A stretch of 60,207 nucleotides of DNA, the filler included, from Dirinaria sp. TL-2023a (lineage: Eukaryota): assembly GCA_051941275.1 (NCBI GenBank). It is 3 parts of 3 records of this genome, joined end to end, with 100 filler letters (N's around TTAATTAATTAA, not from the genome) between each part and the next. Parts side by side here need not be neighbours in the genome. Positions count along the whole stretch, not along the records: positions 1 to 20,019 come from JAVEBF010000303.1; 2 more parts are not named here. One strand, 5' to 3'. The translations under genes were made by a program, and so were the position numbers. Positions 1 to 14,421 of this stretch are shown one piece after another (the first letter of the stretch is position 1; each line of letters begins with the position of its first letter). The notes beneath the pieces were generated by a model. It was not told the DNA's origin, searched no databases, and saw only the letters and a program-made list of their open reading frames with translations.

Positions 1-786
1 CCTCCTCGGCATCCAGAACCAAAGCAGCCCACCAAAGAGAAAAAAAAAAAAAAAAAAAAAAAAAAACTTTAGATCGCATCCTAGTTCCCCTCCTACACTC
101 TTCACCACCAGCACACAGAAGTCCCTTACCCAGCTGATGCCCCCCTATCTTCCCATATTATCTCCGTCCCCATCAGCAATGGAGTAAAAAATAGTTCGCA
201 TCCCAAGCCTCAATCATGAAAAGCTCCAACCAAAAGAGAGAAAAAAACCCACAAAGGTCAGAGAATGCCTTTTCACGGACCGCCAGTAAGTCTACATTGT
301 ATTAAGATAGAAATTCCAAAATCCGTACAAGAAAACCCACAGGTAAAATAAATATATAGGAGACGTGCATTCTTATCTACAGTATGCCTGTGTATTGTGG
401 GCGTGATAGTCATCTCATACTCTCTCTCTCTCTTTTCATGCTCAAAGCTCGGAGATAGATGGATAGCATCGAGGCCCCCCTCGCCCGCCCGAATACCAAT
501 TTTAGAAAGCATTCCCAAGTGGCGGTGAATCGAAGCGGATAGCCCATATCGTGAATGCAAGCTAACTGTGCGGTCGAAGTGCCCTCTATCTAGCTAAACT
601 ATAGATGATTATGCCTAAAATTTGGAGCATAATGTAATCTATCATGCATAAATGCCAGAGATCAAATGCTGCCTAAGCTTTCAAAAGCCAAAATGCTAGG
701 AGCAGCGCCATAAAGTCTTCTCGGTAGATAATTCATTTGATTCCTGAGCAAAAGCAACCAAGCAAACACTTTCGTCGACCAAACGC

Positions 787-2713
787 TTAATTCTTCTCCG
801 CAGCGCCAAAATTGAAATCATCACCATCCATCTGCAATTCGTCGATATCCATTGTGGCCCCGTCAGTCGTGTCGCGTAGGCGAAAATGTGCCCTGGATTC
901 CCTGCTGAACATGATACTGTTGGGTCGCGGGATCAGGGTGCGCTTCGCAGCAGTCGCACGCGCTCGGGACCGTTTGGCTACCCCAGCAATGCTAGTCAGA
1001 GGTTGATGGTTGCTTGTGTCTCTCTGTTGGCGGTTTGCAGTATTAGGTAGGCTTCGCTTTGTAGCCTTGATTTCGTCCAGGAGCACGCCCTTGTCGTTGG
1101 TGTCAAGCTGGCGGAACTCGTCTTCTAAGGTTAGCTCGTCACGAGAAGTGTCCTGACTCCGTCTAAGTCGTTTTGATGCGGGTGGACTTAATTGAGACCT
1201 GAGATCATTTTTCGCGCTTTTCCGCTTGACGTTCATGCTGTGGTCTGTAGCATCGCTGACCTCGTGATCTCCGCTGATTTCATCGGATTCGCTTTCCTCA
1301 AAGCTGAACTCGAGTATCGACGGGCTGTTTTTGAGGGCGCCATTAGCCTTGTTGTCTTTGTTGGGATCTGGTGGAGGTTCCAAGCGTATACGTGGCGTAG
1401 AAAAGCCAATGGGTGGGCTCGAAAAGGCCATGGTGTTGGGGTGTTCAGACAGACCACTAATCTTCCGAGGGAACTTCAGTGGTCGTGGGACATCGGTAGA
1501 TGTGGTAGTGTTATTGTCGGCCGGCGTCTCCTCTGTAGACAATGTGTCCTGGTCCATTTGTGCGCCTTTTGCTTTGCCTTTACGCTTATTAAAGTTGAAG
1601 TCGAACCCAGCTTGCATTTCAGGCGAGATTATGCTTTCCGTCCGGTTGCCATCCGAGAAAGGGTCATCCAAAGAACCTGTCAAGCGTCGCAGCGACTTCA
1701 TGCTCTCGTAGACAGGAAGGGGCTTGCGTGGAATACTACCACCACCTGTGATCCCCTGGATTTTAGGATTGCTCAAGTTTCCCCCCTCAGCTATGCGGCG
1801 CTCAACAGTTGCAGAGCGGCTTCTAGGCTCAGGCGTGTATTCGAGGGCTTTGAAACTACTTGGACTAGATTCGATAGGTCCTGGCTTCCGGACATTAGGC
1901 GTTGTTGGCCTGCGACTGCTATTGAAACGACCCGTGATGGCTCGTGTAGCTTTGGAGAAAGCATTCCGGCTCTTTTGTAAAGGAGAAGGTTTGACGATCC
2001 AGTCGGCTTTGGACAATTCCTTCGTCTTCGGAGTCTGTTGCGCTTCACGAGCGGAAGCCTGCTGCATGATGCTAGTGATCTTTTTGTTCAGCAGCTCAGC
2101 GTCTTCCGTAGTTGTTGTTGGAGCTTTACTGGTACTGGGTTCATTAGAACCGTTGACTTGCCTTAGAGCACTATTGTTGTCATTGTCCTCTGAGTCCTGA
2201 AGCACTGGGTACGAGATCTTGGGTCTCAAGGGAGGTTTCTCGGGTTTCTCGGATTTCTTGAGAATCTTGAAGTTAGTGGTCTTAATTGTCAAAGCAGGCT
2301 TGCTCTTCTGCTGATATCCTTCCTCATTTAGAGGTATCGGGGGCAATGGCTTATCCAGGTCTTTCTCTGCGGTCCTATGAGACGTCGGCCTGGCGAATTC
2401 TGATGTTGCTGCATCGCTCTGGAAGGAAGCTCGCATTGGTTCTCGGGCACGGTTCCTCAGCAGTGAGTCACCGGCCAATTCATCCATACTGTCGTCTTCC
2501 GGTCTTTGGCGAGCTCTGGACCTCTGCATTACCGTCCTGGCTCGCTCAATACGAGCAGGAACTAGTGAAACGGTCAGCGATAATAAACCATATCAATTTG
2601 AACGCTGCCTTACCTGAGAGCTTCGAACTTGTTTTGGGACGTAGTTGATCATCTTGGAATACCGCGAACGACGATGGAACCAAATTCCGCTTCTTCTTGC
2701 CGTATGTTGCCAT
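787..2713 (-). CDS. Hypothetical S/P/K-rich protein, probably disordered; 2 exons (intron 2562-2613)
   Basis: The 580-aa ORF extends upstream through a GTAAG..GCTGAC..CTAG phase-1 intron to an ATG at 2713 (MATYGKKKRNLVPSSFAVFQDD). No recognisable domain. Confidence 0.7.
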
Positions 2714-4176
2714 GCGTAAGTGCAGATGTCTCTCACCTCAAGCGGAGCATCACATAGGCGACGAAGGACATTGTGATTGCATGGCAGTGCATGGTCAAGT
2801 TTGAAAGCCCTCAGAGTAGGTGCCTAGGAGATTTTAATCATGACTTGCCAAAAGGGGAAAGCGCACTTGTGAGGTCAATCTACTCGTCATGGCAGGTGCT
2901 CAAACTTGAGAAAGCCTCCATAGCTTACGCTTTCCAAAGTGTCTGCTTGTAGCCATTGGAACCTTCCTGGGGTGTTCAAATGGAAGATCATGAGGAAAAC
3001 ATATCAACGAGACATCGATGGTTCGGTTCACCAACCAAGAGCCACCGTTACTGGGATAAATCATTAAAGCTATATTAATCGTACTGAGTTCATCGTCGGA
3101 AAAACCGACCATGAATATGAATCGAGACGCCGATGGAGCAGTCAAGAGCTATCAGCACTCGTTCTTGCTAGGACCTGAGATATACTTAACGTTCTGATCT
3201 TAGTCTACATTACATGGTGTTCACTTTGAATAGTTGTAAGGCCTCCGACGGACAAGGTTATGATCCAGGACTTCGAGTCAGGCGTGCATATATCCGAAGA
3301 TACGCTCTGGCAGAGTACGAAGCTCAAGCATATCAGTACCTCATAACAGCAACGTTTCAACGAGACGGCGGTGGCCAAATCCACCAAGGACGAGCCATCA
3401 TCAAACTCAATAAACCGTTAAAGCTGTTTGCGATACATTTAGAGCATCGAGGGAGATGATCCAATACGCGGATAGGCAAGTCAGGGTATTTTGCACTCAT
3501 TCTTGCCGGGCAGGGAATACGTTGCCAGTATGGGCGTCATCCGGTTGATCAGCAGCTAGAGTTAGCATAATGCATTCCAGGACCAACAAATTCCTTCGAT
3601 TCTCGTCACGGCTGGATCCCATCAAAGTAAAAAAGTTGTGGCAGGGAATTCTCAATTCTGATAGAGGCTTGTCCTTCAAGTGATGACAGGGACAAATTGG
3701 GACGAAGGGCAAGCTCGAGTCGAGGAGAAACGTCCCTCGGGTAGTGATGAATAAGCATCCCTCGGAGAACTACCACCAATCAGAAGGCAGGTAATCGTAT
3801 TTAGTCAGCCAAGGCCCCCACCCCGAGGGCCCGAAAGCACGAGTGGGGTGGAATACGCTGAAACATTTGAGCATTTTGAACCAATTCGAAAATCTTGCGT
3901 GTGCCTAAAGTACATAGTACTAGTGTGCCTGAGTACAGCCTTTCAATTCCTCTGTAGTACCCGAGCCAGTCCTCAGCCAAGACGTTCCCGCTTCACACAG
4001 CCTTCGCTTTGGTCGATCTTTTGTTCCATCACACTTGGAGGAACGAGTATCGAGAAGACAAAAGTCCTCTGCTCTTTCGTTTCGGAACTCTCACTGGCCG
4101 TCACCTCCTCTTCCTGTTTTGAAGGAAGATTTTGTCGCCTCCAATCACCTCTTCCATCGACCATTCGACTCCTACC

Positions 4177-5364
<1,188 letters not shown>

Positions 5365-7008
5365 CGAAACATGTTCATATGAGTTGTGTAAAAGTCGGGG
5401 GCTCAGATGTCTTTAGATCCGAGAAAAGTCTAGTATTTGCCATGTACTTAGGTTGGAGCATCATAAAAAATATAGATGTTACAGTGGACAGGCGGACTTG
5501 TTGGGCGAGAACCTTGGTAGCTGCTGATATACATAAAAAAGAGTATTCACTGCATGTCAACCCTCATGCTTATTTTGACTGTGTGTCTTCCTCTACCTCT
5601 TCATCTTCCAGCCGGGCTATGACCTCATCCACCTCCTTAAAAGGATACCTTAGCATATATCAGCAATAGGCCACGGCTCCTAAAGCTTCTCAGAGGAAAC
5701 TCCACATCGCCTCAACACTTCCACCTCCCAAAAACGACCCCTCTGAATAGGATATTTCGCACTATCCCTCCATCCCCTTCCCCTCCTCTTCCTCCTCCTC
5801 CTCCTCTTCCTCTTCCTCCTCCACACTGCCTCTCAACCTACTACAATCATCTACACGCCTTTTTGGGTGAACGAGCTACTTCAAGATAGTCTGTCGTATA
5901 TAGCTCGATTAAAGTAGGGTTCTGTTAAATATTGTGTCTGTTGAACTTGACGAGATAATCGGCGTTGTTAGTCAAGGGATGCTGGCTCGAGGTTTTGCGG
6001 GCAAGTGTCTGGGTTTTTATGTAAACCGCGAAATTGCATTTGGAGCTCTTTCTTTTTGGTAGAAGAGTGGGATTCTAGGTGGAAGTAGGGGAGTAAGGTA
6101 AGGTAGGTTAAGGTGAGGTGAGGTGCTGTACAGTTGGTAAGGTAGAAGAGCATATTATTATCGTTTACAGGTAGAAGATGAAGGGGGGGTTTTTTTCTTC
6201 TTTTTTTTTTTCTCTTTTTTATTTAATACTTTTTTCACTCTCAAAAGCATGTGAGTTCGTTTGGGGCAACGGAACTCAAACTAATAACTCTAGTAAATGT
6301 ACCTTAGGGTTATTATTATTGTTCCGGGAACGCCAAATTCCTGTCACTCGAACTGGAGAAATCCGACGCAGACCCGAGAAGCTAAAAAGCGACGCCATCC
6401 ATTGCTCCATTATTATCAATATCGGCAGCACTTTTCGACAATGTAGATGCAGAGGTTTGGTTAGACGCAGGAGGTGTCGAATTAAATAACGCCTCTACGG
6501 AAAATGAATACCGCAGGCGTGAACGACATCGACGATCTGATGCAAAAAGCAAGATCTTGGAAGAAATCGCTTTAATTGATTTCCGGGGCGCAAATTTAGA
6601 ACGTCGGGGGGGCTAGAGGGCCTCTTCGGCCTCGTGGCTTCCTCCGCGACCCCAATAGCTCCACTATTTCCCAACTGGGATCTTGGCTGCTCTGGTCTGG
6701 GCCGAAGGTCGAAATTAGTCCCATCGCTAAAGCACCGAATCCAGTCTACATCAATCACGTTGGCTTCGACATGCTTTGCAGTTGCCCCTGCTGCATGCTG
6801 CATCGAGACAGCTAGCACATATCGAGCACAGCGGACAACTCCAAAACATGGTACGTGGGCGACGGGATCTCGTGCGCCTTCCGCTGGCTCAATCCCCACT
6901 TGGGACAGCTGGCGCAGATTGATACAATAATACCTTAATAATAATGTCTCAGTTGAGTGGGTAGTTAAAACGGGCATCCTCCTGGATCTTTGCTGAATAT
7001 CTTCCCAT

Positions 7009-8057
7009 ATGGCAATACACCGAGCGCTCAGTTTCCCCCTTTCCCGGGTCGAGGAGGTTGCGCGAGAGTCGCCTTTCAAAGTCCAAGAGGCTGATGCTGC
7101 CAGACTCAGTTCCTGCGATGCATTCCATATCATTCGCAAGCTGCTGGCGAAGCAGCAAGACTCAGAGTGAGTGACCCGCTGGCTCCTCAACATGAGCAAG
7201 CAACTAATTGTCTCTGCAGTTTTTGCCAGTACCACCTGCCCATGAGCCGCGAGGACAAGGAAGCCTGGTTACTGCAGCGAGACATTACACATGCATTGGT
7301 TCTTCCCATACTGGAGATCTTTCGACATGCCTCAGATGTCGCCAAGTCAATGCTCGGGAACCGGAACATCTATGACCTAGAGCTTGTTTTCCGAGGCGAA
7401 GCCCGCGGCGCTTTCTCCTGGCTTCAATGCTTCATCGCGGAAGAGGAAGACTGGTGTCGCACAAAGGGTTGCCCAGGTATGCCGTGTGATTCCCGTTGTT
7501 CGCCTACAAAATCTGACCCATAGACAGCTTGTGTTGTGAGCAAAGTCCTCGAAGCTGAGCCCACAATTCGCATTGTCCTTGTCGCCTGCAGGCTCTCGGA
7601 GTCGCTGCGTCAACCGCACAACAACGCCAACCTTCCGGTTCTGCATTTCTGGCTGGCATCCCTACGTAACGCTCTGAATGAAGACCCATTTTGGGGACCA
7701 GACTTCCGAAGTCACCTAGAGAGCCGAGCCGAGATCCTTGAAACGGGCATCCAGAACTTGGCCAAACAATGTCTGGAACTTGAGGAGCTGCTGAAGAGGG
7801 AGTCAAACACCTCAAATGCAGCTGCTGTGGCTCTTGTGAAAGCCCAACGCTATGCGCCCACAAAGCCGACAAAGCTGCGAATCTCGAGGCTCGCCGAGCG
7901 GCAAATTGCGCTTGCCAAAGAAGAGAATTCCTGGATGCAGAAGATCATTGTCGGGTGCTGGACGACGCTGCTTGCTGATGCAGCTGAGGCGCGACGCAAA
8001 AGTTCACTCTCACAGGATCACTTGCGGCCTTCGAAAGCTCGACACTTAACTTCTTGA
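7009..8057 (+). CDS. Hypothetical fungal protein, 3 exons (introns 7167-7219, 7477-7527)
   Basis: Canonical GTGAGT..CTAAT..CAG and GTATGC..CTGAC..CAG introns join three frames into one product (MAIHRALSF..DFCQYHL..WCRTKGCPACVVSKV..). Contains a CPAC motif. Confidence 0.75.
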
Positions 8058-8723
8058 CACCTTGCTTCACTTTAATGAGGTTCCAGAGTAGCACTGCCGA
8101 TAACTTAGCGGCACTGATTATAGCGAAGGCGTTAGGAATAGGAGTACGAAGGATCCTGGTTACAAACAGTACAGGGTAAATATGACGATTGGCATTTCAC
8201 GGATGGCGTGCTAAGAGGAGTATATCTTTCCGCACTTGGCCCTTTTCTTCCCCGTATATTTTGGATAGTATTGATAAATATATCTAAATCAATGTTCCTA
8301 CATATTGCCCGGCTTGATCATTTTGGCTTTTCAGAATCAGAGCTCTTGTGATTTCGAAGGCTTGATTCAATTCTCTGTAACCATCGGCCATTTATGATTA
8401 ATCAACACAATTTTTGCTGATGATGCTCTCTGAGTATAGTGAATCTCAGGTTGGATGAACGAGTCTATTGTGCTCTCCTCTCGTACTTTGCAACTTAACC
8501 AAGTCGCGCCCCATGCGTCAGGTAGGTAGGTACCTTATTCATACTTCTGATGTTGACGTAATTGACGCGGGTAACGATAAGATACATAATGGAACGTACC
8601 TTAGATGTTGGCGCTTCACAGACGTACCCAATCCCCATCCGACCTTATAATTCATGGTGCCAGCTTCCCAAATTGAGCAACTTCTTTGGATTAGACAACG
8701 TCTGCCGCGCGCTGATTGCCGTT

Positions 8724-10505
8724 ATGGCCAAAATGTCGAGAAGAGGGTTAGCGAATACAGTCCCAAGCGACATCAAATCCATCATGTCCGCAGGTTCAAG
8801 CAACAGCTACGATGCAGAAACCAACCCAGGTGGTATAGTCTCCTTAGGCGTTGCCGAGAACCGCTTGCTGTGGGTCTACACGCGTTTCTAATGCTAAGCG
8901 CTTTTGGGACACTTCTCAAGTTTTTAACAACTCCTATGGCAGGCACTCCGAGATTGCCCAATACATCTCGAACCACCTGGAGGTCACTCGGCGAAGTAAC
9001 ACGTCCAAGGATTTGCTACTGCTTTTATCGATGGTTTGCATTGGCTGACAGACTACCTAGTGCTCACATACGGGGATGGCTCTGTAGGTTCTAACATCCT
9101 GCGTACTAGCGTGGCCAATTTTCTCAACGCTCATTTTCATCCGACCACACCCCTGAAAATGGAATCAGTCTCGATTCTCAACGGGGTGTCCTCTGTCATT
9201 GACAGCTTAGCGTGGTGCATCTGCGATGAGGGTGACGGCGTGCTTATTGGACGACCACTCTATGTCGGCTTTGTAACTGACCTTGAGAACCGTGCCAAAG
9301 TGACGCCAGTATATGTCGATTTCGGCCAAGAGGACGTTCTCGGAATCGCTGCCGTAGCTCGCTACGAGCAGGCGTTTCGACAAGCAGCTCATAGAGGCAT
9401 TACGGTCAAAGCTCTCTTGCTGTGCAGCCCACATAACCCGCTAGGCCAATGTTACGCTCCAGATGTACTTGAGGAATATCTGGCTTTCTGTTCGAGCCAC
9501 AAGATCCATTTGATCAGTGACGAGGTGTATGCAATGTCTGTATTTCCACACAAGGGTAATTCAAACCCCACACCGTTCCGGTCAGTGCTATCTTTGGACT
9601 ATGAGAAGCTCATCGATCCCTCGCTCTTACACGTCCTTTACGGGATGAGCAAAGACTTCTGCTCGAATGGGATCCGGATTGGTGCTTTCGTTTCGCCGCG
9701 GAATCCTGAATTACACAGAGCGATAAGAGCAGTATCGAAATTTGCTTGGTCCTCATCGCTCGCTGATACGGCATGGTCACGGCTCCTATCCGATAAGAGC
9801 TTCCTCGACAACTATCTCCCTCTCCTGACGGAGAGACTCACAAACGCTTTTGAGGTATGCACTGGTCTGCTTCGGGAACTGGGTATACCTTACAAGGACT
9901 CGTGAGTATCCTTTTACGTTTCTTTGCTGTTGCTGTGGTCAAACTTCAAGCCTACTTTTATTTTCGGGATCAAAATGCCTGAAAGGCGTGCAAGGATTCT
10001 CTTCAGTGCGGCATGCTAGTGGCTATTGAATCCGAAGCACGCTTTCATGGCTTTCGAACACCGAACGTCGGTTTGCTACGCTAAACCCGTTATCTTTTCA
10101 TAGTAACTGCGGACCCTTCCTGTGGGCCGATTTTTCCTCATTCTTGCAAGAGAAAACCATACAAGCAGAGCGTCAGCTGGCTTGGTCTATGATCAACGCA
10201 GGTGTATGGCTGGCCACGGGAGAAGCGTATCGATCGGAAGCCCCAGGCTGGTTCCGCATCACGTTTGCTGTCCCGGAGGAACAATTGCGGCTCGGGATGA
10301 AGAGGTACATGCTCACCAGGAAAACTCTCTTCTACCCAATCACCTCCGAGTAATCGGTAAAACTTGAGCGTGAAGTTCGTGTTGACCTAGATGTAGACTA
10401 GTGTCTGCTTTACCGAAGAACGGGGAAGAAGCGGATCCTCCACATGGCTCAGTGCATGGACCATCTGATGCTCGAGCAGGCGCTCCGGCCGAGCCAGAGA
10501 TCTGA
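8724..10505 (+). CDS. PLP-dependent class I/II aminotransferase, ACC-synthase-like; about 5 exons
   Basis: YDAETNPGGIVSLGVAEN, LTYGDG, LLCSPHNPLG, LISDEVYA, PLP-lysine motif YGMSKDFCSNGIRIG and PGWFRITFA. Introns near 8869-8942, 8996-9060, 9902-10103 and about 10304-10396. The last exon and the start codon are less certain. Confidence 0.9.
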
Positions 10506-12423
10506 CGATACTGTCATGATAGAAAAGCTTCCGAGCATATTTCCGGGAAATTTCCTCCTTCAGCACGGTTCTTGACATCTTGACAGGAGAGTTCCCTGTG
10601 TATACTGTAGGAAACAAATATGTACCTCATACGTACAGCGTCTTCGCGCCTTTCCTCTCGGAGCATGATTTGGTACGATCAATCACGGGCACCCAGGCTG
10701 CGTTTCGGTGTTAAATACAACAGCTTACCGGTGACCTAAAGAACTAAATGATAGCATATCCTTCAACTGAATCCTTCCCCAGGTACCTTGCATGTCGCCT
10801 CATAACTTCCTCGCTTGGTTGGCAACGGGAAGGATTTGAAAGCTATCGAAAGGATTTCGAAAATGTTACCCTATAGTCACCCCCTGCGGATGGAGTCTCC
10901 AGAGTACCTTTGCTGAGCGATTGAGCATCCCAATTTGCTTACTTACAGAGCTCCTTCCTCTACGCCATACATGCAGTATCACCTACTTAAAAAGAACCAT
11001 TGGCTTCCATTATAGGCAGTTGAGGCGGAGTGCATGTAGGCAAGCGCAACGACAAAAATGCTTTCAAGGACCCGACACTACTTAGGCGTTACCGAACACT
11101 ACCAATTGACACTACGAATCTGGAGCTGGTAGCGTCTGCCTCAATGTCCATAGCTTTGGCGCTAAGAGGCTGAAGGATCACATCCGATCGGTACCTTTTT
11201 TTATTCTTTCCCATGCGTGATCGATATCAAAAAGCAAGCACGTTGGGGACCTTTATCGAAGGATGGGGTTCCCTGCCAAACCATGTGAGTTCGGCCAGTG
11301 ACAGGCCTAATGGCGAGCTAGTGAGTCCGCGCAGCCGCTACCAAATGGCTTTGGGGGGATGGCGGGGGGGCAAAGCAAGCCTATCTGACACTCTTATCTT
11401 GACTTCGTGCAGTGCTGTCTCTCCCACCCACGACTCCACGAGAGCGTCTGATCCAGTCAATCTTGCGCGTTTCTATCCCATCTACCCTGACACTTTGTCG
11501 CGCTTCGGCTCCAACTCCACCCAACGTGCCTTAAACGGCCGATCCTTAAGCCACATGGCCTTGGCGGATGAGCCAGCAACCCATCTGTGCTTGACCTCTC
11601 TCGCCTGCATGCCCCTTCAGGGCCAACGGTTTACAAAAGCCACCTGCGTCTGCATGTCGGAAGTAATCATACCGTCGGCAGGCACTGCTACTGGAGCCTG
11701 GAAGAGCCTGCAGGTTCTTCTCAGTGAGGCAATTCCTCATGTATGTAGAAGGCGTGAAGCGAGCAGATCACAAAAACGCTGACTGAGGCGGACACGAGAG
11801 CTACCGTCTGGCAACACCACTAGCTGGAAGGGCGTGATTGGAAAGTTCAGAAATGATAGGCTCGGCTTGCTGGCAAATAGCGAGAAAAGTATAAGGGCAT
11901 GAACGCGCTGCACAGTCCCGAGGCCATTTTCTCCTTATAGATTGCCGCCACTGCATTCGGCGACTTAGACCGTAATGTAGTTATCACCATCCCGAGCGAT
12001 TGTCACGCAAAATCCTGACGGCTCAAGTATCCAACCTATCTTTCCACCCCCAGTCCGCGGTCATGCCCGTTGCCAGCCGTTGTCAGCCATTGCCGTTGCA
12101 ATCACACCCACCTGCCCTTTACTCAACCGCATAACGTACGTTTCATAGGCGGCTGATCTGCAGCAGGCGCATGCTTCTTACATGGAGCTATCTGCCTACT
12201 TTAGATATGCTCACTCCGCGCACATTGTCCCCATATCCCCATATAATAATTCACGAACGTAGTCCCGCATGGCGGCTCTCAGGGTCTCGCGTTCCGAACG
12301 GCTGGTTTCATCGACACAGAGCCCACGCCTCGCGCCACTTAGAATTCTCCATCTTTCCTTGGCAGCTCGTACACAGTCTCGCGCGCTTTGGTGACAGCGG
12401 AGTATGCCCTCGAACATGTGACT

Positions 12424-14421
12424 ATGCCGGCGTGGTGGTGCGACGAAAGGATTAGAGCTACTGTCAATAGTGAATACGTCTGCCGGGAGATCGGTTCCTC
12501 GAAACGGCTTCTAGAACAGCTCCATCGGCCTCTGTCCTTTGGCCAAGGATTGACGGACGACTCTTATCTCGATTGGATCGTCCAGAAGGGCAGACGCTTG
12601 TTCCTGACGCTGAACGACATTGGTGTTCCGGAATCGATCTTTCAGGTTCTGGACAAATCCCTTGACGATGAAGACCTCCCCCTTTCCGAGGATGCTCTCT
12701 GGGAGCTCAATCTTTTCGGCGGCAAGTCGGAGACCATCGACAAGAAATTCTTCAAGCAGCAATTCAAGTTTCTGGTAAGGGAAATTGAGGCTGGTGACCA
12801 TGTCGATTATGAAGACGGAGAGGTTGTACCCATAGAGCCAGTCTCCAGGCGGCCCAGCGTATCTGGTATCTCTTGGATTGACAAAGTGCATGTTGGGGAC
12901 CGATTGTACACCAGAAAGAAAATCTCAACGTCTGGAGATACAGGAATAGACCGCGTGCATTTTGTTATGCACGCTAAGGCCCTTCACGAGATTCGACACC
13001 CTCATTTGGTCTGTCTATGGGCTTCCTACACGCAAAGCGATTATAGCTTTCTGCTTCTCACTCCTTCGGTGGAAATCAACCTCAAGGCCTTCCTTGAAGA
13101 GCAGCCTAAAAGCTTCAAGCAGCTTGAAAAGTCGGAACGCCACAAGATCCTACTCAAGTGGACACTCTGCCTTGCCTCCGCTCTGGCCTACCTCCATAAC
13201 AGGGAACTTACTCACCAAAGCATCCGTCCCTCTAGCATCTCCGTCTCGCACGATAACACCATCTATCTTTCAGATTTTGCCGCTCTGAGGGCCCTGGACC
13301 AAGAAGAAATTTCGAGTCCATATAAAGCTGAGATATATGATCACGCTGCTCCGGAAAATTGGCAGCGCAAGGCCTGTTTGCACGAGACCAGCCCTCTCAA
13401 GACAATTCCACCTAGTGGCGGTCGTACCATGCGCCGTGTACCAACTGTACCGGACGGGACGCCTCGTTCAGGCTCAATCTCGTCCAACCCTTCTCACAGG
13501 CGGACTCTATCACAGACCGAGTCGTCATCCTCTTCCAGTACTTCGCATCGCCGTAACGCCCTCATTACCACATTCGCTCCTCCATCGCTTACTGGTAGTC
13601 CTTCGTTCCCAGCCGACGTGTTCTCACTCTCCACAATCCTCTTGCATCTTCTGTCGCTGCTTCTCGGCCATTCGCCCAAGTCTTCCGCAGCGTATCGCGG
13701 TAAGCACAATCGGCTTGCCGGTCGTGGGGGAGCTCCGCCGGACGCAAGTTTCCACAAGAACCTTCAACGAGTGGGAAGCTGGATAGATGATCTTCAACAC
13801 CAAGCGAAAGAGAAAGAACGAATATTCAGAAAGGCGAAGGTCAAGGGAAAAGCAGAAAGTATATTTTGGGCATCAGTGAGTGGTACGTTGGGCATCTGTA
13901 GAGAGGGACTCAGGAAGGAAGCCAAGGATAGAATCGATGCAAATCGATTGGAAAAAGAGGTCAGACTATGGCTTGATAGAGGACTGGGAATGGGACGACG
14001 ATGGTGCTGCGGCGGTGAAGACGAAGAAGTCATCCCAGGCATCAGCTTCTCTTCTGTTACCGGAGTTGAGAGGGTTCCCGAAGTGCAAAATAAGGATGAC
14101 AACAAATCACTAGGCAGTGTGAGCATCGCTTCTTCCGAGGATCTATTGCCCATCGAGCGGCCGTTGTCTGTGGCGGATACCCTATCTGTGGAAGGGACCA
14201 GTGTAATCCACCGCAAGGGGGAAGACATGGATAGCGGCAGCGTCCTTCTACCAGAGGAGGACGACCAAAATTGGCCTATCCGACAGAGTTTGGCTCCACT
14301 GCCCTACAGACAAAAGGCTCCCTATGCAGATATTGGTCCTCTCGAATTCCACCTATCAAGGGAGGAGGTCAAACGAAAGGACTATTTCCTAGCGAGAAGG
14401 AATTACTATGAACTGGAATAG
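12424..14421 (+). CDS. Protein-kinase-fold protein, probable pseudokinase
   Basis: Begins MPAWWCDERI. Kinase-fold elements HPHLVCLWASY, LASALAYLH, HQSIRPSSI (catalytic loop), IYLSDFA, YDHAAPE and ADVFSL. Single long exon. Confidence 0.8.
   Translation: MPAWWCDERIRATVNSEYVCREIGSSKRLLEQLHRPLSFGQGLTDDSYLDWIVQKGRRLFLTLNDIGVPESIFQVLDKSLDDEDLPLSEDALWELNLFGGKSETIDKKFFKQQFKFLVREIEAGDHVDYEDGEVVPIEPVSRRPSVSGISWIDKVHVGDRLYTRKKISTSGDTGIDRVHFVMHAKALHEIRHPHLVCLWASYTQSDYSFLLLTPSVEINLKAFLEEQPKSFKQLEKSERHKILLKWTLCLASALAYLHNRELTHQSIRPSSISVSHDNTIYLSDFAALRALDQEEISSPYKAEIYDHAAPENWQRKACLHETSPLKTIPPSGGRTMRRVPTVPDGTPRSGSISSNPSHRRTLSQTESSSSSSTSHRRNALITTFAPPSLTGSPSFPADVFSLSTILLHLLSLLLGHSPKSSAAYRGKHNRLAGRGGAPPDASFHKNLQRVGSWIDDLQHQAKEKERIFRKAKVKGKAESIFWASVSGTLGICREGLRKEAKDRIDANRLEKEVRLWLDRGLGMGRRWCCGGEDEEVIPGISFSSVTGVERVPEVQNKDDNKSLGSVSIASSEDLLPIERPLSVADTLSVEGTSVIHRKGEDMDSGSVLLPEEDDQNWPIRQSLAPLPYRQKAPYADIGPLEFHLSREEVKRKDYFLARRNYYELE

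Noticed and set aside
812..2648. Long antisense and alternate-frame ORFs overlapping real genes (also over HEM2, apsB, TSR4, GRC3 and the terpene cyclase)
   Set aside because: Shadow ORFs caused by the codon bias of the true gene; they carry no independent motifs.
5570..5860. Minus-strand acidic peptides (YPFKEVDEVIARLEDEEVEEDTQSK* and a poly-Glu run) after possible splice acceptors
   Set aside because: I could not build an upstream exon chain to a start codon, and the poly-Glu is a GAG/GAA microsatellite. Needs RNA-seq.
11213..11782. 189-aa ORF upstream of the pseudokinase
   Set aside because: No recognisable motif and an atypical composition; likely a chance ORF in a long promoter region.
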